Shown: positions 34,517 to 42,420 of the stretch, piece after piece
How positions within the stretch are numbered: position 1 is the first letter of the stretch
Layout of the letters: the number at the start of each line of letters is the position of its first letter
Virus record (IMG/VR): IMGVR_UViG_3300025291_000005
Span: 1 to 43,033 of that record
DNA length: 43,033 bases
Strand: one strand, 5' to 3'
From: a virus
The notes under the pieces: model-generated
Database searches by the model: none
Seen by the model: the letters and a program-made list of their open reading frames with translations, nothing else
What the model was told of the DNA's origin: nothing
Position numbers and translations under genes: made by a program

Positions 34517-34908
34517 AATACAATACGGTAATTACTTTCGAAGATTATGAGAAAGCAGCTAAAAATGGTATTAGCAAGGCGAATGTATATCAGCGAGTGA
34601 ATGGGTATGGTTGGAGTGTTGATCGAGCAATAACAGAACCTGTAAAACATTGCAAAGGAAGTCAAGAAGGCATGGTAGTAATTGCTGAGTGCAATGGAAT
34701 TAGTAGACCCACTTATTTTAGAAGAATTTCGAGAGGGATGCCACCTCATGAAGCAGCAACGAAACCAAAAGGGTATACTGCATTCCTGGAGATAGCTGCA
34801 GAACATGGAATTAAAAGTGTCACATTTTATCAAAGAGTCGCAAGAGGGATGTCCCCTTATGAAGCAGCAACAAAACCATTGCGAAAACGAAAGAAACAAA
34901 TCAGCTAG
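34513..34908 (+). CDS. Paralogous protein with three HTH-like repeats
   Basis: The repeats are AAKNGISKANVYQRVNGYGWSVDRAITEPV, AECNGISRPTYFRRISRGMPPHEAATKP and AAEHGIKSVTFYQRVARGMSPYEAATKP. Confidence 0.6.
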   Translation: MKYNTVITFEDYEKAAKNGISKANVYQRVNGYGWSVDRAITEPVKHCKGSQEGMVVIAECNGISRPTYFRRISRGMPPHEAATKPKGYTAFLEIAAEHGIKSVTFYQRVARGMSPYEAATKPLRKRKKQIS

Positions 34909-34919
34909 GAGGACAAGTC

Positions 34920-35120
34920 ATGACAACCAAGGAGAGCGCTAGATTAAGAGGTTTCTGGACGCATAAACAAACAGGTGAATACATTGTAGTCAATCGAGTG
35001 ACGATGCAAGGTGAGGCATATGCGCGGCATGTTGGTGAGGACACGAAGACGGTTAATAAGCTAAGGGTGAAAATGCAGACAGATAAGCTAAAGGAAGAAT
35101 ATGTGAAAGGCATGATATAG
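34920..35120 (+). CDS. Hypothetical protein
   Basis: Track ORF with the RBS aggagga. Confidence 0.55.
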   Translation: MTTKESARLRGFWTHKQTGEYIVVNRVTMQGEAYARHVGEDTKTVNKLRVKMQTDKLKEEYVKGMI

Positions 35121-35124
35121 GTAA

Positions 35125-35262
35125 ATGGACAGGAAACAAATTTACATCGACGTTCTACTACATAAAGGGATTTATAAGGAAGAAGATACAGGACGTCAGC
35201 TTTATGAAATGAGTGAACAGGAGTTATTCGAATTAATAAAAGGAGATGGGGAGAATGAATAA
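35125..35262 (+). CDS. Hypothetical protein (45 aa)
   Basis: Not in the ORF track. It fills the gap between two neighbouring genes. Confidence 0.35.
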   Translation: MDRKQIYIDVLLHKGIYKEEDTGRQLYEMSEQELFELIKGDGENE

Positions 35263-35548
35263 AACAACGGTAATAGTAAGTACATGTGATGCAGCAAATC
35301 CATTCATCTATGAAGTACATGGATATATGACACAAAACGTTATGGAAGAAATAGAAAACGACTTATTAGAGCAATTAGAGTTCGATATTATTGACGGTTG
35401 CAATTTGAATTACGATTTAAAAGTAGAAGCGTCTTATATACCAAGTGAAACACAATACGGTAGTGGGGAAGGCGATATATATAGATTGCCATCTTACTGG
35501 AGTTTGAAAGTTATAGAGAAAATCCCACAAAAAGGAGATGAAGAATAA
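35246..35548 (+). CDS. Hypothetical protein (the start may be ATG 35255)
   Basis: Track ORF. Confidence 0.55.
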   Translation: MGRMNKTTVIVSTCDAANPFIYEVHGYMTQNVMEEIENDLLEQLEFDIIDGCNLNYDLKVEASYIPSETQYGSGEGDIYRLPSYWSLKVIEKIPQKGDEE

Positions 35549-35617
35549 TGAGACCGATCGAAAATGGAACTTTTGAAGTAACTCAACTACTAGCAGAAGC
35601 AAAAGGAGCGAAAGAGA

Positions 35618-35854
35618 ATGGCAACTAAGATCATTGTTTATACGAAGAACGCATGCCCGAATTGCATGCATGTGAAATTTGGATTAGAGGCAGCAGGAGT
35701 GGAATATGAAGCTAGAAACATAGAAGAAAAAGAAGAATACAGAAAAGAATTTGATACTTATGGATATAGCGCGGCACCTGTGACGGTATTCCCTAACGGA
35801 AGGGTACTTGCGGGATTTGAGAGGAAAGAATTTGAGGATGAATTAGGATTTTAG
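35618..35854 (+). CDS. nrdH: NrdH/glutaredoxin-like redoxin
   Basis: 78 aa. It has IIVYTKNACPNCMHVK with a CxxC motif and a thioredoxin-fold length. Confidence 0.75.
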   Translation: MATKIIVYTKNACPNCMHVKFGLEAAGVEYEARNIEEKEEYRKEFDTYGYSAAPVTVFPNGRVLAGFERKEFEDELGF

Positions 35855-35864
35855 GAGGAATTTC

Positions 35865-36032
35865 GTGAAGAAAATAACAGAAATCCAATTAAAAAGTGAA
35901 CTGAAAACGATAGATAGCGAGATCAGCAAATTAGAATATCATCTGGTGGGATTAAAAACTGAAAAAGAGAAAACGATTCAATGGTTAGAAGAGTTGAATA
36001 ATCGTAAACGTAGATTAAGAAGTTATCTATAA
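35865..36032 (+). CDS. Hypothetical coiled-coil protein (55 aa)
   Basis: Not in the ORF track. It has a GTG start after aggagga. Confidence 0.4.
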   Translation: MKKITEIQLKSELKTIDSEISKLEYHLVGLKTEKEKTIQWLEELNNRKRRLRSYL

Positions 36033-36044
36033 GGAGCGGACAAA

Positions 36045-36530
36045 ATGAATTTACGAGTGAAAATTAAGCGGTTAAATGAATCGGTGGAATTACCACGGTA
36101 CGCAAAACCTGGAGATGCTGGTTTTGATCTTGTAGCAGCAGAGGATGTAACTATTGAACCAGGAGAAACAAAGGTTATACCTACAGGACTTGCTTTCGAA
36201 ATTCCACCAGGATATGAGCTTCAAGTGAGACCCCGGAGCGGAATTTCACGAAAAACGTTTTTAAGAGTGGTTCTTGGTACGGTGGATAGTGGTTTTAGGG
36301 GCGAGGTAGGAGTTATAGTCAGCAATACATCTTATCTAGGAAACTCAATTACGCTAGGCATCAATGATGACCATGGAATATGTGCAAGTGTTAACTATGG
36401 AATAAAAAAAGGTGACAGGATTGCACAAGGCGTTATAGCGCCAGTGGAAACAGCTCATTTTGTTGAAGTGGACGAGTTGTCGGATAGCGAAAGAGGAACT
36501 GGCGGGTTTGGATCTACAGGGACGAAGTAA
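36045..36530 (+). CDS. dut: dUTP diphosphatase (trimeric dUTPase)
   Basis: Carries the motifs GDAGFDL, PRSGISRK, GTVDSGFRGEVG, RIAQ and RGTGGFGSTG. Confidence 0.9.
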   Translation: MNLRVKIKRLNESVELPRYAKPGDAGFDLVAAEDVTIEPGETKVIPTGLAFEIPPGYELQVRPRSGISRKTFLRVVLGTVDSGFRGEVGVIVSNTSYLGNSITLGINDDHGICASVNYGIKKGDRIAQGVIAPVETAHFVEVDELSDSERGTGGFGSTGTK

Positions 36531-36548
36531 TACAAAAGGAGCAACAAT

Positions 36549-36743
36549 ATGAAATGGTTATTTTATGTATACATTCTTCAAATGTGTTTAGTGCCAACAT
36601 TAACGTATCAAATCATTATGAATTTGGTTTTAAAAAACGAAGTGAATCTTTTATCGATATTCGCTTTAATTCTATTAATTTGGGCGATTCCTAGATTCAA
36701 TCCTATATGGCACGAATTAATAGAAAAATGGAAGAAGAAATAA
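36549..36743 (+). CDS. Small membrane protein
   Basis: Track ORF with two hydrophobic segments. Confidence 0.5.
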   Translation: MKWLFYVYILQMCLVPTLTYQIIMNLVLKNEVNLLSIFALILLIWAIPRFNPIWHELIEKWKKK

Positions 36744-36781
36744 TATTAAATTTGAATTTTGTTAAAAAGGAGCTGTGAAAT

Positions 36782-36943
36782 ATGAAAGATGTGAAAATCG
36801 AATACATCGAAAATAAAGCCAGAATTACTGTAGATGGTAAGGAAATTGCATTTGCTACTAATACGATCACAAAGAAAGTAGCAGAGAGTTTATTAATAAA
36901 TTTAGATCAAGCTGGAGCTATTAATCTAATCATTGAAAACTAA
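36782..36943 (+). CDS. Hypothetical protein (53 aa)
   Basis: Not in the ORF track. It has the RBS aaaggag. Confidence 0.4.
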   Translation: MKDVKIEYIENKARITVDGKEIAFATNTITKKVAESLLINLDQAGAINLIIEN

Positions 36944-36980
36944 ACAAAGACGCTATTTTATTAGAAAGTGAGGTGGTGAT

Positions 36981-38219
36981 ATGAGTCTTACCTTTATAGA
37001 CTTATTCGCTGGTGTGGGTGGTTTTAGATTGGGCATGGAACAGGCAGGTCATAAATGCCTGGGATATGTTGAAATAGACAAGTTTGCAAGAAAGTCATAC
37101 GAAGCAATTCATAATACAGAAGGAGAGTGGACAGCACATGACATTACAACTGTCACAAACGACGATTTACGATTACTTAGAGGAACCATCGATGTTATCT
37201 GTGGTGGATTCCCATGCCAAGCATTTAGCATTGCTGGAAAACGATTGGGTTTCGCAGAAACTAGAGGAACTTTGTTCTTTGAAATTGCTAGATTCGCCAA
37301 AGAAATCCAACCACAATATTTATTCCTTGAGAACGTCAAAGGCCTTCTTAATCATGAAGGAGGAAATACCTTTAGAACAATCCTCTCCACGCTTGATGAA
37401 TTGGGGTATGATGCAGAATGGCAAGTACTTAACAGTAAAGATTTCGGAGTCCCACAAAACCGTGAGAGGGTGTTCATTGTCGGACATTCTCGAAGACACA
37501 GTAGACGAGAAGTATTTCCTGTCAGAAGAAGTTGCGAAACGCCTAGTATTGAAATAATCGGGACGGTAGCACCGGAAACAGCTAAAGGAACAAATTCAAG
37601 ACAGTGGGTTCATAGTGTAGATGGAATTGTAGGAGCTTTGGGAGCTGGTGATTATAAACAGCCGAAACAAGTATTAGTAAAAGGAATGCTAGATATTAAA
37701 GGTAAAGACCAAATTAGAAGAGTTTATGGAACAGAAGGAATTTCGCCTTGTTTAACTACAATGCAAGGTGGAGGGAAAGAACCAAAAATTCTTGATGACC
37801 AAGGAAGAAGGAATAAAGAGCATAAATTGCATTCCATTTGTCCAACATTACGAGCGCAAACACATGGTAATGAACCGAAAGTTGTTTATGTAAAAGAAGC
37901 GACGAAACGAGGTTATACTGAAGCGCAAATTGGTGACAGTATTAACTTTTCCGTTCCAAATAGCAAGACAAGAAGAGGTCGTGTAGGAAAAGGAATTGCT
38001 CAAACATTAGATACAGCATGTAATCAAGCGACAATTGAAAATAAACCACCTTATCGTATTCGAAAATTAACACCAAGAGAATGTTGGAGATTGCAAGGAT
38101 TTCCGGATTGGGCGTTTGATAAAGCAAGGGAAGTAAACTCAGACTCTCAGCTTTATAAACAAGCAGGAAACTCAGTGACTGTACCAGTCATATATGAAAT
38201 AGCAAAGAGATTAGTATAA
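36981..38219 (+). CDS. dcm: DNA (cytosine-5)-methyltransferase, with no restriction partner in the window
   Basis: Carries FIDLFAGVGGF (motif I), GGFPCQAFS (IV), FLENVKGL (VI), VPQNRERVF (VIII) and GNSVTVPV (X). Confidence 0.9.
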   Translation: MSLTFIDLFAGVGGFRLGMEQAGHKCLGYVEIDKFARKSYEAIHNTEGEWTAHDITTVTNDDLRLLRGTIDVICGGFPCQAFSIAGKRLGFAETRGTLFFEIARFAKEIQPQYLFLENVKGLLNHEGGNTFRTILSTLDELGYDAEWQVLNSKDFGVPQNRERVFIVGHSRRHSRREVFPVRRSCETPSIEIIGTVAPETAKGTNSRQWVHSVDGIVGALGAGDYKQPKQVLVKGMLDIKGKDQIRRVYGTEGISPCLTTMQGGGKEPKILDDQGRRNKEHKLHSICPTLRAQTHGNEPKVVYVKEATKRGYTEAQIGDSINFSVPNSKTRRGRVGKGIAQTLDTACNQATIENKPPYRIRKLTPRECWRLQGFPDWAFDKAREVNSDSQLYKQAGNSVTVPVIYEIAKRLV

Positions 38220-38250
38220 AAATTTCATTTTGTAGAAAAGGGGAATGGAT

Positions 38251-38556
38251 ATGAAATACTTTGAGTTTGATAAACATGAATACTACGCATTAATCGCAGT
38301 CGATGAAAAAGAAGAGCAAGATCCATTAGAAAAGGCATATGAGCTTTACTTCGAAATAGTTGGTTATGACAGTGCTGAAGAAGTGAAAGAAGCGGGAGAA
38401 TCAAAAGAATTGGCGTTTGCTCATGCATGGTTTAGATGGAAAAATGTGATGAGAAAAGCAGCGGGGAAAAGACTTTGCCCTCCAACAGATAAATGGATGA
38501 AAGAATTTCAGAGTCACAAAGATACAGTTGTTCTTCTTGATGTGGCGTTAGCATAA
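38251..38556 (+). CDS. Hypothetical protein
   Basis: The track ORF starts at 38245. ATG 38251 has better spacing from aaagggg. Confidence 0.55.
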   Translation: MKYFEFDKHEYYALIAVDEKEEQDPLEKAYELYFEIVGYDSAEEVKEAGESKELAFAHAWFRWKNVMRKAAGKRLCPPTDKWMKEFQSHKDTVVLLDVALA

Positions 38557-38664
38557 AAAAGAGCAGCTAGCAAAAGCTAACTGCTCAGCTCCAATTGGGG
38601 GTTGGAGAAATATCATGTTGTCTACAGTATTGACAAAAGATTGAGTTTTATTCAAGGGGGAAGA
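38555..38664. repeat. Intergenic cassette copy A (hairpin, second hairpin, then an RBS block)
   Basis: Nt 38587-38664 are identical to 39526-39603. The 26-nt hairpin 38561-38586 is the exact reverse complement of 39500-39525. Confidence 0.85.
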
Positions 38665-38669
38665 GGGAA

Positions 38670-38822
38670 ATGAAATTAAATAAAAACGAGTTACTTCAAA
38701 TATACGAATGGTTTTACTACATCAGGTCTACTAATTTCGCTCATTTAAGCGATGAAGATAGAAAGCTAGCTACAAAGATTAGAAAAGAAGCAATGAAGCA
38801 GTGTGGGTTAAAGGATAAGTAA
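38670..38822 (+). CDS. Hypothetical protein (50 aa)
   Basis: Not in the ORF track. The RBS is supplied by the repeat cassette. Confidence 0.4.
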   Translation: MKLNKNELLQIYEWFYYIRSTNFAHLSDEDRKLATKIRKEAMKQCGLKDK

Positions 38823-38864
38823 GAACTCAATAAAAATTTCATTTTGTAGAAAAGGGGGATCTAA

Positions 38865-39086
38865 TTGAGGTTTTATAAAGATGATTTGGTAATGGTTATT
38901 CACCCTGATTATCCAGAACTTCAGGGATTAGCGAAAGTAACAAAGGCATCTAATGAAATAGCATTGGTTTGGGTTTACCTATATGTAGATAATAGCGATT
39001 GGTTTGTTCATATTGAATTTTTAAGACACGCTACAGATGAAGAAATAAGAGCAGCTAGCAAAAGAAAGGGGAATGGATATGAGTGA
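38865..39086 (+). CDS. Hypothetical protein
   Basis: Track ORF with a TTG start. Confidence 0.5.
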   Translation: MRFYKDDLVMVIHPDYPELQGLAKVTKASNEIALVWVYLYVDNSDWFVHIEFLRHATDEEIRAASKRKGNGYE

Positions 39087-39234
39087 TAAGGATAAGTTGA
39101 TTAAAGATTTTAACCACCTAAATAAAAATCTAAAGGAAGCAATTGAAGAAGGTTTTTATTATTCTGCTAGTGACTATATCAAAAGAATAATAGTGATAAA
39201 AAAAGAGTTGGAGGAACAAGGGGTATTCTTGTAG
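39079..39234 (+). CDS. Hypothetical protein (51 aa)
   Basis: Not in the ORF track. It is preceded by the recurrent aaaggggaatggatatga start cassette. Confidence 0.4.
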   Translation: MSDKDKLIKDFNHLNKNLKEAIEEGFYYSASDYIKRIIVIKKELEEQGVFL

Positions 39235-39263
39235 GGAACTCATAACGAAATGGAGTGTATAAA

Positions 39264-39497
39264 ATGGGAGAATTTCTGAGTTTTGATGAATTATTTACAA
39301 AGATTACTCAAGTACAAGGTGATCAAGAATTAACATGTAGCTGCACTGAGTGTTACTGGAATATGTATTTTCCTAATCGTTCTAATTCGAAGGAATGCGT
39401 ATCAGAAAGCTTAGCAGACTTTAAGATGACACCTAATTCAACTGAGTGTAAAGGATATTGGGATTATACAGAAGCGTGTGGCCATCCAAAACGATAA
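39264..39497 (+). CDS. Cys-rich hypothetical protein
   Basis: The track ORF starts at GTG 39255. ATG 39264 lies 8 nt after ggag. Confidence 0.55.
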   Translation: MGEFLSFDELFTKITQVQGDQELTCSCTECYWNMYFPNRSNSKECVSESLADFKMTPNSTECKGYWDYTEACGHPKR

Positions 39498-39603
39498 AAG
39501 AGCAGTTAGCTTTTGCTAGCTGCTCAGCTCCAATTGGGGGTTGGAGAAATATCATGTTGTCTACAGTATTGACAAAAGATTGAGTTTTATTCAAGGGGGA
39601 AGA
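39496..39603. repeat. Intergenic cassette copy B
   Basis: See copy A. The 78-nt direct identity plus the flipped 26-nt hairpin were checked by eye. Confidence 0.85.
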
Positions 39604-39606
39604 TGA

Positions 39607-39765
39607 ATGAAATGGATAGATATTTTAATACAACCACATAAAGATAAAATAGAAATTTTAAATGAAGAAATAAAAGAATGTAAAGATGATAGCGTGAAGA
39701 AGTTCTTAATCGCATTGAAAAGAAAAAGTGAATTTGAAATAGATAATTATAACAGTTGGAGGTAG
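39607..39765 (+). CDS. Hypothetical protein (52 aa)
   Basis: Not in the ORF track. The RBS is supplied by the repeat cassette. Confidence 0.4.
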   Translation: MKWIDILIQPHKDKIEILNEEIKECKDDSVKKFLIALKRKSEFEIDNYNSWR

Positions 39766-39771
39766 AGGGAA

Positions 39772-40098
39772 ATGATTAATGAACTGAAAGTAGGAAATGT
39801 ATTCTCATTTTGGGTGCCAGTTAACTTAGGGTTTGCACAATCTATACAAAGAGTCGAAGGTGAGTATTTAGGGAAACACGATGGAATACATTTAATGACT
39901 CATTTCGATGAAGATTTGTGTATGCATGTTGTATCTGAATTAACTACTGGTTATGGTATAACGAATTCTTTTAAACGATGGTTTGCAATAGAAAAAGCAA
40001 AAAGAAGAATTGATAAAAATAAAGATCGTGTTGATTTATGGATTAAAACGGCTAATGCAAAACATGGAGCATTGAATGAAGTGATTTCAACAAAATAA
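39772..40098 (+). CDS. Hypothetical protein
   Basis: Track ORF with the RBS ggaggtagaggg. Confidence 0.6.
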   Translation: MINELKVGNVFSFWVPVNLGFAQSIQRVEGEYLGKHDGIHLMTHFDEDLCMHVVSELTTGYGITNSFKRWFAIEKAKRRIDKNKDRVDLWIKTANAKHGALNEVISTK

Positions 40099-40127
40099 TC
40101 CTTTTAATAGAAATTGAGGTTAGGAAA

Positions 40128-40385
40128 ATGAGCGAATACAATACAAATGAAACAGTAACCATGTCATTAGAAAGATATCAAGGATTAATGGATCAGATAG
40201 AGTTTTTAGAAAACAAATCAGTCGATAATTTCACAACTTATGATAATTCACGAGGGAAAGTAAAGATAACTGTAGATACAACAGAATTAGAAAGTTACTT
40301 CAAACAGAGATATCAATACCTTCCTTTATGTATTACAAAGTATGAAGTTGAAGTGGAATATAAAGGAGATAAAAATAATGGGTAA
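40128..40385 (+). CDS. Hypothetical protein
   Basis: Track ORF with the RBS gaggttagg. Confidence 0.6.
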   Translation: MSEYNTNETVTMSLERYQGLMDQIEFLENKSVDNFTTYDNSRGKVKITVDTTELESYFKQRYQYLPLCITKYEVEVEYKGDKNNG

Positions 40386-40680
40386 AAGTCAACGAGATAA
40401 AGGAGCAAGAAGAGAAAGAGAGTTCGCTAAGTTAATAGGAGGTTCCCGTGTACCGCTTTCCGGAGCGATGGACGGGTACTCCAATGATGTGAAGGGATTA
40501 GGTCTTGAATGGGAAGTAAAAGCGCGGAAAAGTGGGTTTAAAACACTGTATGACTGGATAGAAGATAAACGTGAAAATCCAGATGCGGTTGCTTTAAAGG
40601 TTGATAACAAACCTTGGTTAGTTTGCATGACGTTGGACAAGTTCTTGGAGGTTGTAAATCAAGATAAGGGAGTTGAATAG
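40378..40680 (+). CDS. PD-(D/E)XK-type Holliday junction resolvase-like nuclease
   Basis: 100 aa from ATG 40378. It carries GARREREFAKLIGGSRVPLSGAMDGYSNDV...LEWEVKARK, a D...E-x-K pattern. Confidence 0.5.
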   Translation: MGKSQRDKGARREREFAKLIGGSRVPLSGAMDGYSNDVKGLGLEWEVKARKSGFKTLYDWIEDKRENPDAVALKVDNKPWLVCMTLDKFLEVVNQDKGVE

Positions 40681-40788
40681 ATGGAAAAGACGAAAATTTA
40701 TGTTTGGGACCGCATTGAGGGTAACGACAGAGTTATAGATATCTATTTTTCTAGACCGGAGAAATTTAGTTACATCGATTGGATTTAA
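40681..40788 (+). CDS. Hypothetical peptide (35 aa)
   Basis: Not in the ORF track. The ATG abuts the upstream stop. Confidence 0.3.
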   Translation: MEKTKIYVWDRIEGNDRVIDIYFSRPEKFSYIDWI

Positions 40789-40926
40789 TGGATAGCGGAA
40801 CAATGACTAACAGTGTGGTGGGGGGCTGTATTGTAGTTATCGTTCCCTTATTCAGAAGATAGAGAGTAAAATTTCACATACCTAACAGGAAGTAAAAATA
40901 ACAAAATTGCAATAGGGGGATTCTAG

Positions 40927-41295
40927 GTGGAACAATTATCTTTATTACCAGAAATTGATGATAAAAAGGTGCAAAAAGAGGTCGTGAGTATCTTGAAGGA
41001 ATATAGAGCGTTGAAGATGAGATTTAATAACGAAGTAGAACAAGAAGGGATCAGCTTGTTTCCGGAGTTACGTAATTCCAAAACAACCAACAAGATGAAA
41101 GTACAGCAAGTTGAAAAGGCATTAAACAATATTCTTGATGATGATGAAAGAAACATTATTACTATGAAGTTCTTAACGAATAAACCAGTGAAAGATGCAT
41201 TCGTGCAAAATGAATTGATGATGAAGAACTCATACTTTTACGAGAAGAAGAAGAGTGCTATTAAATTGATTGCTACTACATTAGGAATCATTTGA
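40927..41295 (+). CDS. ArpU-family late transcription regulator (sigma region-4-like)
   Basis: 122 aa with a GTG start. Its profile fits ArpU (LKEYRALKMR...ERNIITMKFL...SAIKLIATTLG). It is the last regulator before the packaging region. Confidence 0.65.
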   Translation: MEQLSLLPEIDDKKVQKEVVSILKEYRALKMRFNNEVEQEGISLFPELRNSKTTNKMKVQQVEKALNNILDDDERNIITMKFLTNKPVKDAFVQNELMMKNSYFYEKKKSAIKLIATTLGII

Positions 41296-41773
41296 AAATA
41301 ACAGAGAAAAAGCAGAGAAATAGCATATTTTTTGGGGAGTTTTTGAAAATGAAATTAACGGTATTCTATAGGTACAAGCTCTTTGACAACCGCATATTGA
41401 AGAGGATTAGTACACCTATAGTGAAACGTTCTTCGCGAGAATGTCACGGTAACGTATACCGCATCAAAAAAGGGGCGGGCTAGGCGGTAAGAATCCGCAA
41501 TGAGACGAAAAGACCAATTAATGATGACATATTCCAGTGTGGCGGGTGTGAGATAACTCGCATTCGTCATACTGTTTCTATTGTATTTATCATTCAACTC
41601 AAGAGTCGTCGCTTGGGTTGATAATAAATATAATACTAGATGCCGTGTCTATGATTTCTACATTTGAAAATGGAATGGGTGATGGTTCATATGATTGAAT
41701 GAATCGCACATTTCAAAACAAGTAATATGTAATAAGAACAATAATGCATCGTTATTTGAGCACATTACACTTT

Positions 41774-42122
41774 CTAGTGATTACTGCGAATCTTCACTAG
41801 GCAGAGAGCTTCCGCTCTTTGTTTGAGCAAACATGAGGCAGTTCCCCCTCTGTCACCTCCACATGTTTGTTCACGCAAGAAGCGGAAACTTCTTGATACA
41901 AATCATTTTCATGGGTTGAAAATGATGTCTACGGACATAAAACGAGGAGAGCTTTCGCTCTTTTCTCGGTCACTGACACAAAGCGTGTAGCTTATATGAT
42001 GATTGCGGTGATCGAGAAAAGAATGAGAGTAATCTTGTTCTTGAAGAGATACTTTTTGCCATTTGTTATCTCTCTTCCATCCCCTCTAGAGCTGTCACCT
42101 TTCGGTGATGGCTTTTTGTTTT
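41774..42122 (+). ncRNA. Candidate structured RNA: about 350 nt of back-to-back hairpins ending in a strong terminator
   Basis: At least 9 helices. Several contain G-U pairs that work only on the + strand. One hairpin has a C(UACG)G tetraloop. No ORF has an RBS. Confidence 0.4.
42091..42122 (+). terminator. Rho-independent terminator
   Basis: 9-bp stem gctgtcacc/ggtgatggc with loop tttc, followed by tttttgtttt. Confidence 0.75.
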
Positions 42123-42144
42123 GGTTAACGAAGGAGGAGATAAT

Positions 42145-42330
42145 ATGCATAAAAAGGATATAAGGCTATCGAGAAGATACTTAGCGAATCCATATAAAAA
42201 ACAATCGTTTTTAGAACGACTTAAAATAAAAAATTCAATTGATCTTAGAAACAATAAGGTTATTACTGATTTAGGAAATGGGTATTCGGAGATTGCACCT
42301 ATAGATAGTAATAAACGATTTACTAATTAA
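42145..42330 (+). CDS. Basic hypothetical protein (61 aa)
   Basis: ATG 42145 follows aaggaggag; the track start at 42121 is upstream of the RBS. Confidence 0.55.
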   Translation: MHKKDIRLSRRYLANPYKKQSFLERLKIKNSIDLRNNKVITDLGNGYSEIAPIDSNKRFTN

Positions 42331-42354
42331 GCATCCATAACGGGTGCTTTTTTC
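42330..42354 (+). terminator. Rho-independent terminator
   Basis: Stem agcatcc/gggtgct followed by tttttt. Confidence 0.7.
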
Positions 42355-42420
42355 TTTGTTATATAGAAATTACACATTAATGAACAAAAATAGAAACATA
42401 AAAAGAAAGGATGATTTATA

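Noticed and set aside
34258-35335. Long minus-strand ORFs (213 and 144 aa) opposite the HTH-repeat genes
   Set aside because: They are Cys/Phe/Ser-rich and look like nonsense sequence with no RBS. The sense-strand genes have clear repeat structure and translational coupling.
37084-37557. 157-aa +1-frame ORF inside dcm as an independent gene
   Set aside because: It has no RBS and is embedded in a gene with all canonical methyltransferase motifs in the other frame. Only its last ~28 codons look meaningful, and those are reported separately as a possible compensated frameshift.
41292-41597. ORFs 41292-41483 (+) and 41355-41597 (-) in the tract after the ArpU-like gene
   Set aside because: They overlap each other and lack an SD. 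Their composition is basic and aromatic and atypical of proteins. I treat the tract as non-coding.
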